DNA of 64,000 nucleotides from a virus: IMG/VR virus record IMGVR_UViG_3300027896_005002, positions 59,488 to 123,487 of that record; one strand, 5' to 3'. Shown piece by piece: positions 54,448 to 64,000 of this stretch (position 1 is its first letter; each line of letters starts with the position of its first letter). The notes under the pieces were generated by a model. It saw only the letters and a program-made list of their open reading frames with translations, ran no database searches and was not told where the DNA came from. The position numbers and the translations under genes were made by a program.

Positions 54448-54696
54448 ATGTTTTCAATTTATTCTGAAATAGATTCATTGCGTGCAATTCTATCCATTCC
54501 AAATGGATATAATAAAGGCAACAAAATCATTGACGAATGTCTTCATCATTTAGATAAAGTTCAAACAAGCCTCAATTCTTTATCTAGTTGTTTAAGAATT
54601 GGCAGTTATGGTGAAGGCACAAAAAGTATTAGAATGTGTTTTAAAGAATTAAATTTGCGTAAACAACATCCTAAAAGACTTAATGTGATTAATTAA
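54448..54696 (+). CDS. hypothetical protein
   Basis: ORF track. Confidence 0.2.
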   Translation: MFSIYSEIDSLRAILSIPNGYNKGNKIIDECLHHLDKVQTSLNSLSSCLRIGSYGEGTKSIRMCFKELNLRKQHPKRLNVIN

Positions 54697-54904
54697 ATCA
54701 ATCCATAGTCGTGTAACACACATTGTTATATGTAAAGGCAAACATCCATTTTATGGTGATGGAGTTTTTACAATGTGTGGTAAACATCTACGATGCGAGA
54801 CTTTTACACCACAAAAAATCGGACAAAAATGTAAAGTCTGCTTTTACAAACCAGACTACCCAAAATGATTACTTCGCATTCAATATCTCATCAAAGGACC
54901 TTAA

Positions 54905-55825
54905 ATGACTATTGTTTATGTCATCTCTGGCATTCTCTTACTTTATATCGGTGCTGAATTACTTGTTAGAGGTGGCAGCAACTTTGCCCTTAGACTTGGC
55001 ATACCTCAAATCATCATTGGTCTCACAATTGTAGCATTTGGAACAAGTGTTCCAGAACTTGTTGTAAGCATTGTAAGTGGATTAAAAGGTTTAGGAGATG
55101 TAGCTGTCGGAAATGTTGTTGGTTCTAATATTTTTAATGTTGGCATGATTTTAGGCTTTACAGCATTAATCTATCCAATAAAAGTAAGTAAAAGTGTTCT
55201 TAAATTTGATATTCCTTTCCTTACTTTAATATCACTTCTACTTTGGTTCTTTATGAAAGACAATTACATTTCAAGATTTGAAGGCATAATAATGACCATT
55301 CTATTCCTATTTTATATTTTTTACACACTTCGATCTATCAAACATCACAAAAAAGAAAAAATACCACCTAAAATCAAAGGCAATATGACCTTTGATATTA
55401 TCTTCATCATAATCGGTCTCGCATTACTTGTCTTTGGATCAGAAATACTAGTCAAAGGCGTTGTTAATCTTGCCAGACTACTTCATATTAGTGAAGCAAT
55501 CATTGCTTTAACTATAGTAGCTGCCGGCACAAGCTTTCCTGAACTTGCTACATCTATAATAGCAGCAATCAAAAAACAAGATGATATTGTAACAGGAAAT
55601 ATTATCGGCTCCGGCATTTTCAACATTATAGCTATTCTCGGAATTAGCAGTTTAATAACACCACTCAAAATCGTCAATATAAGACTAATTGATATCTTAT
55701 TTATGGTAGGAACAACTTTAATGATCATACCAGTTATGATCACAGGTATGAAAATAACAAGAATAGAAGGTCTCTTACTCTTCATCTCTTATATAGCTTA
55801 CATTGCTATATTATGGCCTCATTAA
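54905..55825 (+). CDS. CaCA-family cation/Ca2+ exchanger membrane protein (YrbG-like)
   Basis: Two alpha-repeats GTSVPELVVSI and GTSFPELATSI within a 10-TM hydrophobic protein. Confidence 0.55.
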   Translation: MTIVYVISGILLLYIGAELLVRGGSNFALRLGIPQIIIGLTIVAFGTSVPELVVSIVSGLKGLGDVAVGNVVGSNIFNVGMILGFTALIYPIKVSKSVLKFDIPFLTLISLLLWFFMKDNYISRFEGIIMTILFLFYIFYTLRSIKHHKKEKIPPKIKGNMTFDIIFIIIGLALLVFGSEILVKGVVNLARLLHISEAIIALTIVAAGTSFPELATSIIAAIKKQDDIVTGNIIGSGIFNIIAILGISSLITPLKIVNIRLIDILFMVGTTLMIIPVMITGMKITRIEGLLLFISYIAYIAILWPH

Positions 55826-55871
55826 CGACGGTCTATGGCGGATACATCATAATCACATGATTGTAAACAAT

Positions 55872-56645
55872 TTATTTTCTTTTATCATACAACCTCCTTA
55901 ATCCTTTTCTACAAAAAGACAACAATTTTTGCATACAAAAACCTAAATTTCTAAATATTAATTTATGTTGATACAAAAGTTTAAGAGGTTTATTAATACC
56001 AACCTGCATTCTACTGCCCGAACTTTTATTATATATATAAAAATTAGTGCAAGTATAATCCACAATATTATAAGCTATTGTAACATTTACTCCCAAATCA
56101 ATAAATTTAGAATGAAATGCATCTGTTTTCCTAATATCCTCAAGAGGTGAAATAGGACTCAAAGGCTTACAAGTTATTGTACTACAAAAAGACTTATTAA
56201 GATGTATTATAAATTTATCTCTTAACTCTTGATCAGGAATCATTGCCAAAAGAGACAAAAGATATTTATCATCACGAAGAAACTTAACAGATGAAGGACA
56301 AACATTGCCCTTCTTACAATTACATTGCGCGCACATAGTCTGCAAATTTTCAAGAACATTAGCACCATTCTTTGATATCGGCACAATATGATCTTTTGTA
56401 AACAATACATCCTTACCATTACGATGACCATACAAATTAAGATGATAGCAAATATCTTTATTTGTTTTTTCTTTTGCAAAAAAAGTACCTTGTAAACCAC
56501 AATGAACACAAGTAATACCGTGATATTTGAAATTACGAAGTCTCAATGATGACAAATTAACTTTATCACCATCAAGAATAATAGTTGGCTGGGTATCAAT
56601 AAGTGATAAAATATCTTCTAATGAATAAATTGATTTGCGAATCAT
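55872..56645 (-). CDS. HNH homing-endonuclease-like protein
   Basis: CVHCGLQG...HLNLYGH...LFTKDHIVPISKNGANVLENLQTMCAQCNCKKGN. Confidence 0.5.
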   Translation of the reverse strand: MIRKSIYSLEDILSLIDTQPTIILDGDKVNLSSLRLRNFKYHGITCVHCGLQGTFFAKEKTNKDICYHLNLYGHRNGKDVLFTKDHIVPISKNGANVLENLQTMCAQCNCKKGNVCPSSVKFLRDDKYLLSLLAMIPDQELRDKFIIHLNKSFCSTITCKPLSPISPLEDIRKTDAFHSKFIDLGVNVTIAYNIVDYTCTNFYIYNKSSGSRMQVGINKPLKLLYQHKLIFRNLGFCMQKLLSFCRKGLRRLYDKRK

Positions 56646-56912
56646 CTATTTTGTTGCCCAATTTGGTTTCTGACTAAATTCACCAAGTATTTCATCTATT
56701 GTCCAATTTGGCTTCCGTTTACATATAGTTTTTTCCATTGATTCTCCATGAAAAAAGAGTCTCTATAATTCTCTGTTAAAGGTAAGATTACTACCATATC
56801 CTACGATACCAGTCCCTGCATGCAGATGCACAATCCTCAGATAGCGGGTACTCTGTATTTTGTATCGACAAATGTCGAAGCATTGCTTTTTTGGGACTCA
56901 TTACATACACAA

Positions 56913-57179
56913 CTATAGAGACTCATTTTTGCGAGAAAATTTGAAATAAAGTAATAAATCAACACCTACCATAAGTAAATTAACTATGTAAAGTACTATC
57001 ACCCAATTATAAGATAAAAACAGTTTATTCACAATGCCGCTTAAATATCCTAACATCACAATCATCATAAAAACTGGACTTTTTCCTGCCACTACATGCG
57101 TACGTAAAGCTTTTGTTATAGAAATAGGCCAACTAACTCCAAAACAAAAAAGCATCAATACTTCAAAATTCATTGACAT
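56913..57179 (-). CDS. small 3-TM membrane protein (holin-like, speculative)
   Basis: 88 aa, three hydrophobic helices, charged C-terminus. Confidence 0.25.
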   Translation of the reverse strand: MSMNFEVLMLFCFGVSWPISITKALRTHVVAGKSPVFMMIVMLGYLSGIVNKLFLSYNWVIVLYIVNLLMVGVDLLLYFKFSRKNESL

Positions 57180-57232
57180 ATCCTTATTCTATAGTATTAT
57201 AATCAAACTAAAAATCGTAGATTTAAGAAATA

Positions 57233-57661
57233 TTAGTGTTCAAGTGAGGTAGAATTTGATCTTGCTTTAGTTCTTTGTTTACATCGTTTGTCAAGTTTTA
57301 AACGAAGTAATTTATTGCGTTTAATGGCTTTTGCTAAAAGTTCAGACCCTATAAGTTTTCCAAAAGCTTTATTATCGTCGTCCTTCTTATTATCGATAAT
57401 AGAAGCACCAAAAATATTAAACCTATTTGGCCTAATCGGTACATAACCAAGTTCTGTCAATTTTGTACAAACAAACTCAATCCAACCATGAGCACTTATC
57501 CAAGATTTTTCTTGCTTAATATATTGATTACCATACTTCCTTAAAAAACACTTAATATCTCTTTCAAACTGTCTCAACGTCTTTTTCTCATGATAAAAAA
57601 GATAAGGACAATACTCTTCATACCATGACCAAGAAAACTCAAATATTTGATTTACCATCAT
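57233..57661 (-). CDS. hypothetical protein
   Basis: ORF track. Confidence 0.2.
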   Translation of the reverse strand: MMVNQIFEFSWSWYEEYCPYLFYHEKKTLRQFERDIKCFLRKYGNQYIKQEKSWISAHGWIEFVCTKLTELGYVPIRPNRFNIFGASIIDNKKDDDNKAFGKLIGSELLAKAIKRNKLLRLKLDKRCKQRTKARSNSTSLEH

Positions 57662-58383
57662 TCTTTCCCCTTCATTCTCTTGTGTTTATATTTGTTCTGA
57701 AAAATTAATCCAACACCTCTCTCTATCACATGAGCCTCAGTCATTTCAAATCCATTATTCAAAAAACTCATAAGTTTCTTCCAAAAACTTTTAGGATAAA
57801 ATAAGGCTCGTTCTCTTTCAATTATATACTGTGATCCTGGACAAAACGTTATCCATTCAAGATGTTCATAATTTTCAAAAATAGACTGCATAAAATCATC
57901 AAATGATTTGAATATACATGGGCTTCTACTCCTTTTCAAACTCTGATGCCACTCAATATAGAAATTATTATTTTTTTCAGTATACAATCCATCTGAATTC
58001 TTATAATGAATTCTATTATTATGTTCTATATAGAATCCTTCAGAATTAACTCGACCGGATACTACATTATTTTTGTAACTTTCCAATGAAGTAAATTTTT
58101 CACTTTTTATTAATAAATTAAAATCTTTTCTTGAGCAATGTGCAAAAGGATTACCTTGTAAAAAAGCTATCAAATCTGGCAAATTCTCATAATTCCTATA
58201 AATAAACTCAAAAATATCCTTCTGATTATGTCCATCATTTGAAAGAAGAACTTCATTGTAACCTTCTCCTAAAGATTCTCCCTTATTATAAATAACATAA
58301 TTGTCAGTATAATTTTTAATCCAAGAAACATCTTCTTTAAATCTCGTAACAACAAAAACAGCTTTAAGTCCAGTCATTGCCAT
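57658..58383 (-). CDS. hypothetical protein in glycosyltransferase cluster
   Basis: ORF track; contiguous and overlapping with the GT genes. Confidence 0.25.
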   Translation of the reverse strand: MAMTGLKAVFVVTRFKEDVSWIKNYTDNYVIYNKGESLGEGYNEVLLSNDGHNQKDIFEFIYRNYENLPDLIAFLQGNPFAHCSRKDFNLLIKSEKFTSLESYKNNVVSGRVNSEGFYIEHNNRIHYKNSDGLYTEKNNNFYIEWHQSLKRSRSPCIFKSFDDFMQSIFENYEHLEWITFCPGSQYIIERERALFYPKSFWKKLMSFLNNGFEMTEAHVIERGVGLIFQNKYKHKRMKGKE

Positions 58384-59264
58384 AAATTTTTATTTTTATC
58401 TTCATATTCTGTTTTAAGATGTAAACATTCATCATAATTTCTAACTTTATTATACCTATCCAAGTAAAGCCATTCTCTTGTTAAAATATCTTCACTCGAC
58501 CAAAAACCATCTGAAAAATTATATGCAGTCCAATACATAGGAGCTATTATAATTTTTGCAATCTTATTCGTCCAAGCTGCCCACCAACTAAAGGACGAAT
58601 TTGGTATGATTAGGTATTTAGCAGAATTTATTATAGCATAATCAATTCCTATATCACCAACTTTACTATTATTACGGACAAAACATATACCATTGCTTGC
58701 TCGTCCTATTATCTTGTAATCTTTAAAATATTGCCTGGCTTTTATTGGATCATCAGTGACTATACAAAAATTAAGACGAGAATACAAAGACTTCATATAA
58801 TTAATTGCATTCGTATAATAATCCTTATTTAAAAAACGAGGTAGTTTCATAAAATCTCCACCTCTAAAATTAACTATACATGTATTATCTACATCAAAAT
58901 TTGAAGGATATGCTTTTATTTTAAGCCAATTACATATTTTATCCTTTTGCTGATAAATATAATCTTCACTCTGCATAATCCCTGAAATTTTCGTATGATC
59001 GCAAATATTCAATAAAAGTTTATCAATTTTGGAAATATTACAATGTGTATAAGAAGGATGTGAAACAAATTTTTCTTTATAGTGTTGCAAAATATTGATT
59101 GGTTTCTTACCAAAGTCTAAATTCATGAAATGTTGTCCACAAAATAAATCAACATTTCCTATTCCAAATTCAAATCCTAAATTAAACGCTAAGGTCCTTA
59201 AAACAGTATAATACCATAATTGATTTCCCAAGCCTTGATATTTTACAAATTCTGTAACTATCAT
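58374..59264 (-). CDS. GT11-family alpha-1,2-fucosyltransferase-like glycosyltransferase
   Basis: QGLGNQLWYY (GT11 motif G.LGNQmfqY) and C-terminal NSSFSWWAAW (GT11 motif III). Confidence 0.5.
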   Translation of the reverse strand: MIVTEFVKYQGLGNQLWYYTVLRTLAFNLGFEFGIGNVDLFCGQHFMNLDFGKKPINILQHYKEKFVSHPSYTHCNISKIDKLLLNICDHTKISGIMQSEDYIYQQKDKICNWLKIKAYPSNFDVDNTCIVNFRGGDFMKLPRFLNKDYYTNAINYMKSLYSRLNFCIVTDDPIKARQYFKDYKIIGRASNGICFVRNNSKVGDIGIDYAIINSAKYLIIPNSSFSWWAAWTNKIAKIIIAPMYWTAYNFSDGFWSSEDILTREWLYLDRYNKVRNYDECLHLKTEYEDKNKNLWQ

Positions 59265-59857
59265 ACTTTAAATTTTACATCATGCGACCATGACATATTC
59301 CAATGATGTACTGCATAAGCCTGTGGAAATAATTTTGCATCTTTATAAGCCTCTCTCCACAAATAAGGATAAAAATACTCAGTCGGTAAAATCGTCACAT
59401 CATTAAAATTTTCCATTGACTGTGTAGCTAAAAGTGCTCCCCATGGCGGTCTTCTATAAACATAATTCTTCTCTATCAAATTATAAGCAAATAATACCCA
59501 ATCGTTTCCCTTTTCTGCACCAAAAATTGCAGTATTATACTTTTCAGGTGTTTGTTTGCAAATAATAGCTTTATTAATTAAAAACTCATCTATATTTTTA
59601 TTCCAATCAAAATCAACATCTGAATATACACCACCATGTTGTAATATAATATAAAATCGAAGCACATTAGATTTACATGATAATGTCATAACTTTACTCA
59701 TCAAACTCAAGGTTTTATCATCTTTAACATCTTCTTCTGTCCACAATCGATATTCCCAATCAACATGAAGCTTCCGCCAATTCTCTCTCCAAACTAAAAA
59801 TTGATCTGGAATTTTATTTTTCCCTAACCATATTTGATGCATTATTTTAGGTATCAA
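59261..59857 (-). CDS. GT32-like glycosyltransferase (DXD motif)
   Basis: IPKIMHQIWLGKNKIP (GT32 N-terminal signature), YSDVDFD DXD motif. Confidence 0.5.
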   Translation of the reverse strand: MIPKIMHQIWLGKNKIPDQFLVWRENWRKLHVDWEYRLWTEEDVKDDKTLSLMSKVMTLSCKSNVLRFYIILQHGGVYSDVDFDWNKNIDEFLINKAIICKQTPEKYNTAIFGAEKGNDWVLFAYNLIEKNYVYRRPPWGALLATQSMENFNDVTILPTEYFYPYLWREAYKDAKLFPQAYAVHHWNMSWSHDVKFKV

Positions 59858-59904
59858 AATTCACTTCACCTCATACCATAAATATGACAACAAGATGATG
59901 TGAT

Positions 59905-60171
59905 TTACGACGGCTTATCTGCAGATTCTATTGAAGGTCCCATAGACTTTTGCATTGTCATTGCGTAAGCATTTTCAGTAAAATTCTGTACTGTTTTACC
60001 AGCAAATACTAAACCCAATGCTGCAATCTCTTGAACACCAAAAGACACTAAACCAGCATGATGATACATTGACACTATATTCTGTGCAACATAAACAGCC
60101 AACACAACAGTCACAATCAAAAACATGCAAACTCTCATCATTGATACTGCGCCAGTACTATCTTTAAACAT
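59905..60171 (-). CDS. small membrane protein
   Basis: Two hydrophobic helices. Confidence 0.25.
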   Translation of the reverse strand: MFKDSTGAVSMMRVCMFLIVTVVLAVYVAQNIVSMYHHAGLVSFGVQEIAALGLVFAGKTVQNFTENAYAMTMQKSMGPSIESADKPS

Positions 60172-60356
60172 ATTACCTCCTTGCTAAAATTGAATCTACA
60201 TCAATTTTTTGCAACTCATCAAGACACTCTCTTGCTATCTTCTCATTCCTAAAATCAATATCCATCTCATCTCCCGTCTCGTAACACTCAAACTTAACAT
60301 CAGCGTCGTCTCTTAACTCTGTTCCCATCACTACTTCTTCATCCATAATATCCTCC

Positions 60357-61091
60357 TTATAAACTTGCTAAACTCTTTACTCTTTTCCAACTCAACATAT
60401 CCATCATCTCTGCCCATTTACTACTATACTTCTTGTCCCATCCATCATAAAACTTAAATCCTATCGGTATCCCGCTTATCACATCTATCTCATAATCATC
60501 TTTCGGCACATGCAAATTAAAACCTATCGGCCAACCCTGCACTTTATAGTGCACTCTATCCGCCATATCAACTCTACCTATATTACCTATCACTATATCG
60601 TGCATTCTATCCATTTCAACTACATTATCTAACGGTACATCTCTTATGTCTCCACATGGAGCTCCATACATAATACCATCTCTATAATATCCAACTACAG
60701 TCAATCCCTTCCTTACTTCACCAACTACTCTCTTTACATCTTCATCACCAAACTTATCTATCCATAATTGTAATATACACATTGTATACCAAAAATAATA
60801 ATAACCCTCTGCCCATACTCTCATACCACTAGCATTGTCACCGTACGATAATATCTCTAATATCCTTAATATACCATCTTTATGACTACTATCGTTACTA
60901 AATATATCTATCAAAGCCCATTGTCGAATCACTATATTACACGGTGCCAATTTAGCTGCTAAACTAACCCACAAACAATTTTTCAATTGACTCATCTCAC
61001 TTGATGTTATACTCTGTCCATTCCTATACTTCTGTTCACAGCTCTCTTGAAACTGAACTAATGCTATTGTATCAAAACCAAAACTAAACAT
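60357..61091 (-). CDS. hypothetical protein
   Basis: ORF track. Confidence 0.2.
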   Translation of the reverse strand: MFSFGFDTIALVQFQESCEQKYRNGQSITSSEMSQLKNCLWVSLAAKLAPCNIVIRQWALIDIFSNDSSHKDGILRILEILSYGDNASGMRVWAEGYYYFWYTMCILQLWIDKFGDEDVKRVVGEVRKGLTVVGYYRDGIMYGAPCGDIRDVPLDNVVEMDRMHDIVIGNIGRVDMADRVHYKVQGWPIGFNLHVPKDDYEIDVISGIPIGFKFYDGWDKKYSSKWAEMMDMLSWKRVKSLASL

Positions 61092-61092
61092 T

Positions 61093-61569
61093 TCATCCCT
61101 CCTTGTTTATTACGTGATATACACTCTCATCATCTACCTCTGGATCATACTTGTCCATAAATTCAACATAATCACTCAAAGATCCCTTAGCAAAATCATA
61201 TATATCTCCATTCATCTCTATCCAATGATGTGTCACCTTATTCTGCTCTTCGCCATCATCATCTATATAAGGCTCATCTACATCAATTTCGCCAAATACT
61301 CTCTTCAATCCAAACCTTCTAGCTATATCATGAGCTATACCTTGACAGTCACCCATCTCCTGACTATCAACAAATTCTTTCCAATTATTATAATCGCTAG
61401 ATAAATATTTCTTTACATCATCTACTTTTACTTTCTTTCGCTTCATAACTATCCTTCTCTTACTTTTTGGATGCTTCTTCAAATATTCTCTTTGCTCTTT
61501 CTCATTCAACTCCTCCCACTTACGAGCCTCTTTTACAAACTCATACTGTATTACGTTCAAATATTTCAT
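61093..61569 (-). CDS. MKHLATIQ-family protein 10 (dispersed copy, MKYLNVIQ variant)
   Basis: MKYLNVIQYEFVKEARKWEELNEKEQREYLKKHPKSKRRIVMK. Confidence 0.5.
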   Translation of the reverse strand: MKYLNVIQYEFVKEARKWEELNEKEQREYLKKHPKSKRRIVMKRKKVKVDDVKKYLSSDYNNWKEFVDSQEMGDCQGIAHDIARRFGLKRVFGEIDVDEPYIDDDGEEQNKVTHHWIEMNGDIYDFAKGSLSDYVEFMDKYDPEVDDESVYHVINKEG

Positions 61570-61722
61570 ATTTCCCTTTCTACATATACACTATTAATCA
61601 ATTCATTATAAGTCCTCAAAAATAGTACCTACATTACGTCTTAAACTCACCTATATAAATACCCTGCGCGTTCTTGACGTTTCTTCGAATCTTAATTTGA
61701 TTATAACACTACGGAGGATTTT

Positions 61723-62037
61723 ATGACTAATCATAGAGATCGAGTATTAAATTTTTTACAAAGACACGCTGCATTAGCACCACTTTCCGAATGTCTAAAT
61801 TTAGCAGATGAAGTACAACGACTAAATGATAATGAATATTATCTTAAATGTATCCTCACCATATTATCATCTATCTTACTCACAAAAGACGGTGCAGCAA
61901 AAACACAAGCTACATTTGATAATCGACGTTCTTTACAAATAGCATTAAAAGAACTACAACAATGCCACGCGTGGGTTGTTTGTGGTCCTGTAACTGATGG
62001 CTTGGAAAAATTATTATGTGAATTTGATAAAAAATGA
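61723..62037 (+). CDS. hypothetical protein
   Basis: ORF track. Confidence 0.2.
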   Translation: MTNHRDRVLNFLQRHAALAPLSECLNLADEVQRLNDNEYYLKCILTILSSILLTKDGAAKTQATFDNRRSLQIALKELQQCHAWVVCGPVTDGLEKLLCEFDKK

Positions 62038-62164
62038 ATTAATTCTCGACGACGAAGTCTACACGCGCAGGCGGAGTCACAACACAAAGAATCATCTCAT
62101 CAATAAGAATCACCTTCAATAAAAAGGAGTCCCTGTTGACGCAGGAACTCCTTGCCCTTCTCCA

Positions 62165-62653
62165 TTGCTGCCCTTGGAGGTCTCTATATACACACTCACC
62201 CTCACCTATACTATATTTATCAACACATTATCAATCTTCGATTTCTCTATTGACTATATATCTATGATTCTAAAATGCATTCTTTATACCCTCTCCTCTT
62301 TCCTCATCATCATTCCAACACTTCTATTTGCACAACATTTTGATCACATTCCAAACTCTATAGAAATATTCATAATTATGCCAATCATCTTCGCTATGCT
62401 CTCTATATTCGTATTCCAACTACTCAATACTAAACTCAATAACACCAAACAATCTATTACTATCATTACAATCTCAGTATTCTTCGTCGACTCCTTCTTA
62501 TCTCTTATTGACTCTAACAATATTATCTACGCCATCACTTTCGGCTGGGTAGAAGCTGCTACATTTTTTCTCATCATCAATATATCAGAAAGTTCATTCT
62601 TACTTATAAAAAATTATATATTTAATAAACCCTCTTCAGGGGACACTCCATGA
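62165..62653 (+). CDS. integral membrane protein
   Basis: 4-5 hydrophobic helices. Confidence 0.3.
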   Translation: MLPLEVSIYTLTLTYTIFINTLSIFDFSIDYISMILKCILYTLSSFLIIIPTLLFAQHFDHIPNSIEIFIIMPIIFAMLSIFVFQLLNTKLNNTKQSITIITISVFFVDSFLSLIDSNNIIYAITFGWVEAATFFLIINISESSFLLIKNYIFNKPSSGDTP

Positions 62654-62853
62654 TCAAAATTATTATAGGTCCTACTATAGGAGACACAGAAGTGAAATTA
62701 GACCTATTAAATACTGATGCAGAAAATTTACGAAATTTAACAACAGGCGATCGCATTTATCTAGATTCTTTAAGACATTTATTAGTACTATACAAAGCAT
62801 ATTCCTTACAAAATCATACACTATATATTTTTACTAAAGAATACTAATTCTTC

Positions 62854-63453
62854 ATGCTAATCTGCACTAAATGTAATCAACCCAAATCACCATCAGAATT
62901 CTATATTTGCTCTGGCATACGCCGACCAGACTGTAAAGCTTGCTTCAAAAAGACTGTTAGAAAATACCAGCTTTCTCACATTGACAAAAAACGAAAATCA
63001 TTATCTATATGGCGTTCAAAACACAAAACCATTACTAAACTTTATCCTACACTGCGCTACTATAAATCTGCTATAATATTACTCGGAGGATTACCAAATT
63101 TACCCAAAATCAATTATGGTCATTATACTATTAATGTTCTCAAAAAAAATATTAAATTACTTAAATGTCAAAAACATCAATTATCTATCGTTACTAAAAT
63201 AAATAAACAACTAACTATATCAAATACTATAAATACAATCATCAAAACTATAGAAAATCACTTTAACATCAAACTAAATTTCAATACTATAAACAGAAAA
63301 ACTACCTTTTACAAATACCTCACTATCTACATAATTAAACAAATCACAAACTACTCATACGTCACTATAGCAAAACACCTCAATATCAGCAGACTAACCA
63401 TAGCTACAGCAATCAAGAAAATCAACGCTCTCAATTTAAAACCTCCCAAATGA
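62854..63453 (+). CDS. Zn-finger + C-terminal HTH DNA-binding protein
   Basis: CTKCNQ...C...CKAC; YVTIAKHLNISRLTIATAIKKI HTH. Confidence 0.3.
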   Translation: MLICTKCNQPKSPSEFYICSGIRRPDCKACFKKTVRKYQLSHIDKKRKSLSIWRSKHKTITKLYPTLRYYKSAIILLGGLPNLPKINYGHYTINVLKKNIKLLKCQKHQLSIVTKINKQLTISNTINTIIKTIENHFNIKLNFNTINRKTTFYKYLTIYIIKQITNYSYVTIAKHLNISRLTIATAIKKINALNLKPPK

Positions 63454-63460
63454 CTTAACT

Positions 63461-63703
63461 ATGCAAACGGTCGACGAAACAGATCCAATCTTTGCACATA
63501 CTATCAAAACTGTCATTGAAAACAACATTAAATATCACCAACACAAAAGTGAATTTTACATATCTATAAATGACACTAACATCTCCCTAATCTTTCGATC
63601 GGGCTCTCGCAAAGAAATCAAAGGTCCTGAAAGAAATGACCTTTGCTTCTGCGGCAGCGGCAAAAAATTCAAAAAATGCTGTATAAACGTCTCTCTAATA
63701 TAA
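63461..63703 (+). CDS. small protein with SEC-C Zn-binding motif, flanked by an about 40-45-bp direct repeat
   Basis: C-terminal CFCGSGKKFKKCC (SEC-C motif). Confidence 0.35.
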   Translation: MQTVDETDPIFAHTIKTVIENNIKYHQHKSEFYISINDTNISLIFRSGSRKEIKGPERNDLCFCGSGKKFKKCCINVSLI

Positions 63704-63800
63704 CAAAACCACAATCATAGCAATCAAAAAAATCAACGCTCTCAATCTAAAACCTCATTGATTATTCATTGTCTACGACTCCTGACCTGACTATATCTAT

Positions 63801-63995
63801 ATGAGAAAATACTCACTTAAACGGCATGGCGTCTTTAATAGACAACAATGTCCTAATTGTGGATCTTTAATATCTATGCAAAAAGGTAATCGACACCGTC
63901 AACATCAGTGGACTTGTGGATCATGTAATTGGACGGGTAAATATACTGAAGTGATGTATAACCCTCCACCAATACGGAGATACTACTATGGATAA
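63801..63995 (+). CDS. small Zn-ribbon protein
   Basis: CPNCGS...CGSCNW. Confidence 0.25.
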   Translation: MRKYSLKRHGVFNRQQCPNCGSLISMQKGNRHRQHQWTCGSCNWTGKYTEVMYNPPPIRRYYYG

Positions 63996-64000
63996 ACGAC

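Noticed and set aside
1-64000. Prophage integration machinery, rRNA genes, IS or transposase genes
   Set aside because: No tyrosine or serine recombinase, transposase DDE motifs or rRNA-like sequence was found. The nucleases present are homing-endonuclease types (DUF559, GIY-YIG, HNH), not transposases.

Overview
This is an AT-rich 64-kb window (about 30% GC, with several discrete GC-richer islands), densely coding and mostly read from the minus strand. No rRNA, CRISPR array, integrase or transposase was recognised. It looks most like part of a large virulent dsDNA bacteriophage with T4/jumbo-phage-like gene content, probably infecting a Bacteroidota host. The host inference rests on bacterial-type rho-independent terminators, a class II (long-arm) tRNA-Tyr, and a secreted protein with a T9SS-type C-terminal sorting tail.

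Positions 1.3-31 kb form a tRNA island with at least 29 tRNA or tRNA-like genes, hand-folded here. At least 8 free-standing homing-endonuclease genes are interleaved: five with a Vsr/DUF559-like nuclease domain and N-terminal Zn-finger/HTH repeats, one GIY-YIG, and two HNH. An RNA end-healing/sealing and tRNA-maintenance toolkit is also present: a T4-Pnk-like polynucleotide kinase, an RNA ligase fused to a Trbp111-like tRNA-binding domain, a CCA-adding-type nucleotidyltransferase, PTH2, a metallophosphoesterase, a DEDDh exonuclease and a SAM methyltransferase. The island also holds two radical-SAM enzymes, one translationally coupled to two tiny Cys-rich peptides.

The most striking feature is a family of 10 paralogous minus-strand genes, eight of them tandem at 31.3-38.6 kb and two dispersed at 51.4 and 61.1 kb. 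Their products share a conserved N-terminal module (MKHLAxIQxEFxK...W..L...Q..YL..HPKSKRK) fused to unrelated C-terminal domains (Zn-binding, HExxH metallopeptidase, others). An N-motif-less lipoprotein tyrosine phosphatase and a membrane protein are embedded in the array. The pattern fits a polymorphic set of capsid-targeted, ejected effector proteins.

Other notable items:
- a roughly 800-nt GC-rich structured RNA with group-I-intron-like P7 motifs (10.1-10.9 kb);
- three tRNA-like genes that lack a D-arm yet carry good anticodon arms for AGA, AGG and AUA;
- tRNAs whose anticodon and body class appear mismatched;
- a vWA/NADAR operon, an MBD4-like DNA glycosylase, PRPP synthetase, a CaCA exchanger, and GT11/GT32 glycosyltransferases.

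All calls are from manual reading. Coordinates of tRNAs and short ORFs are approximate to a few nt.
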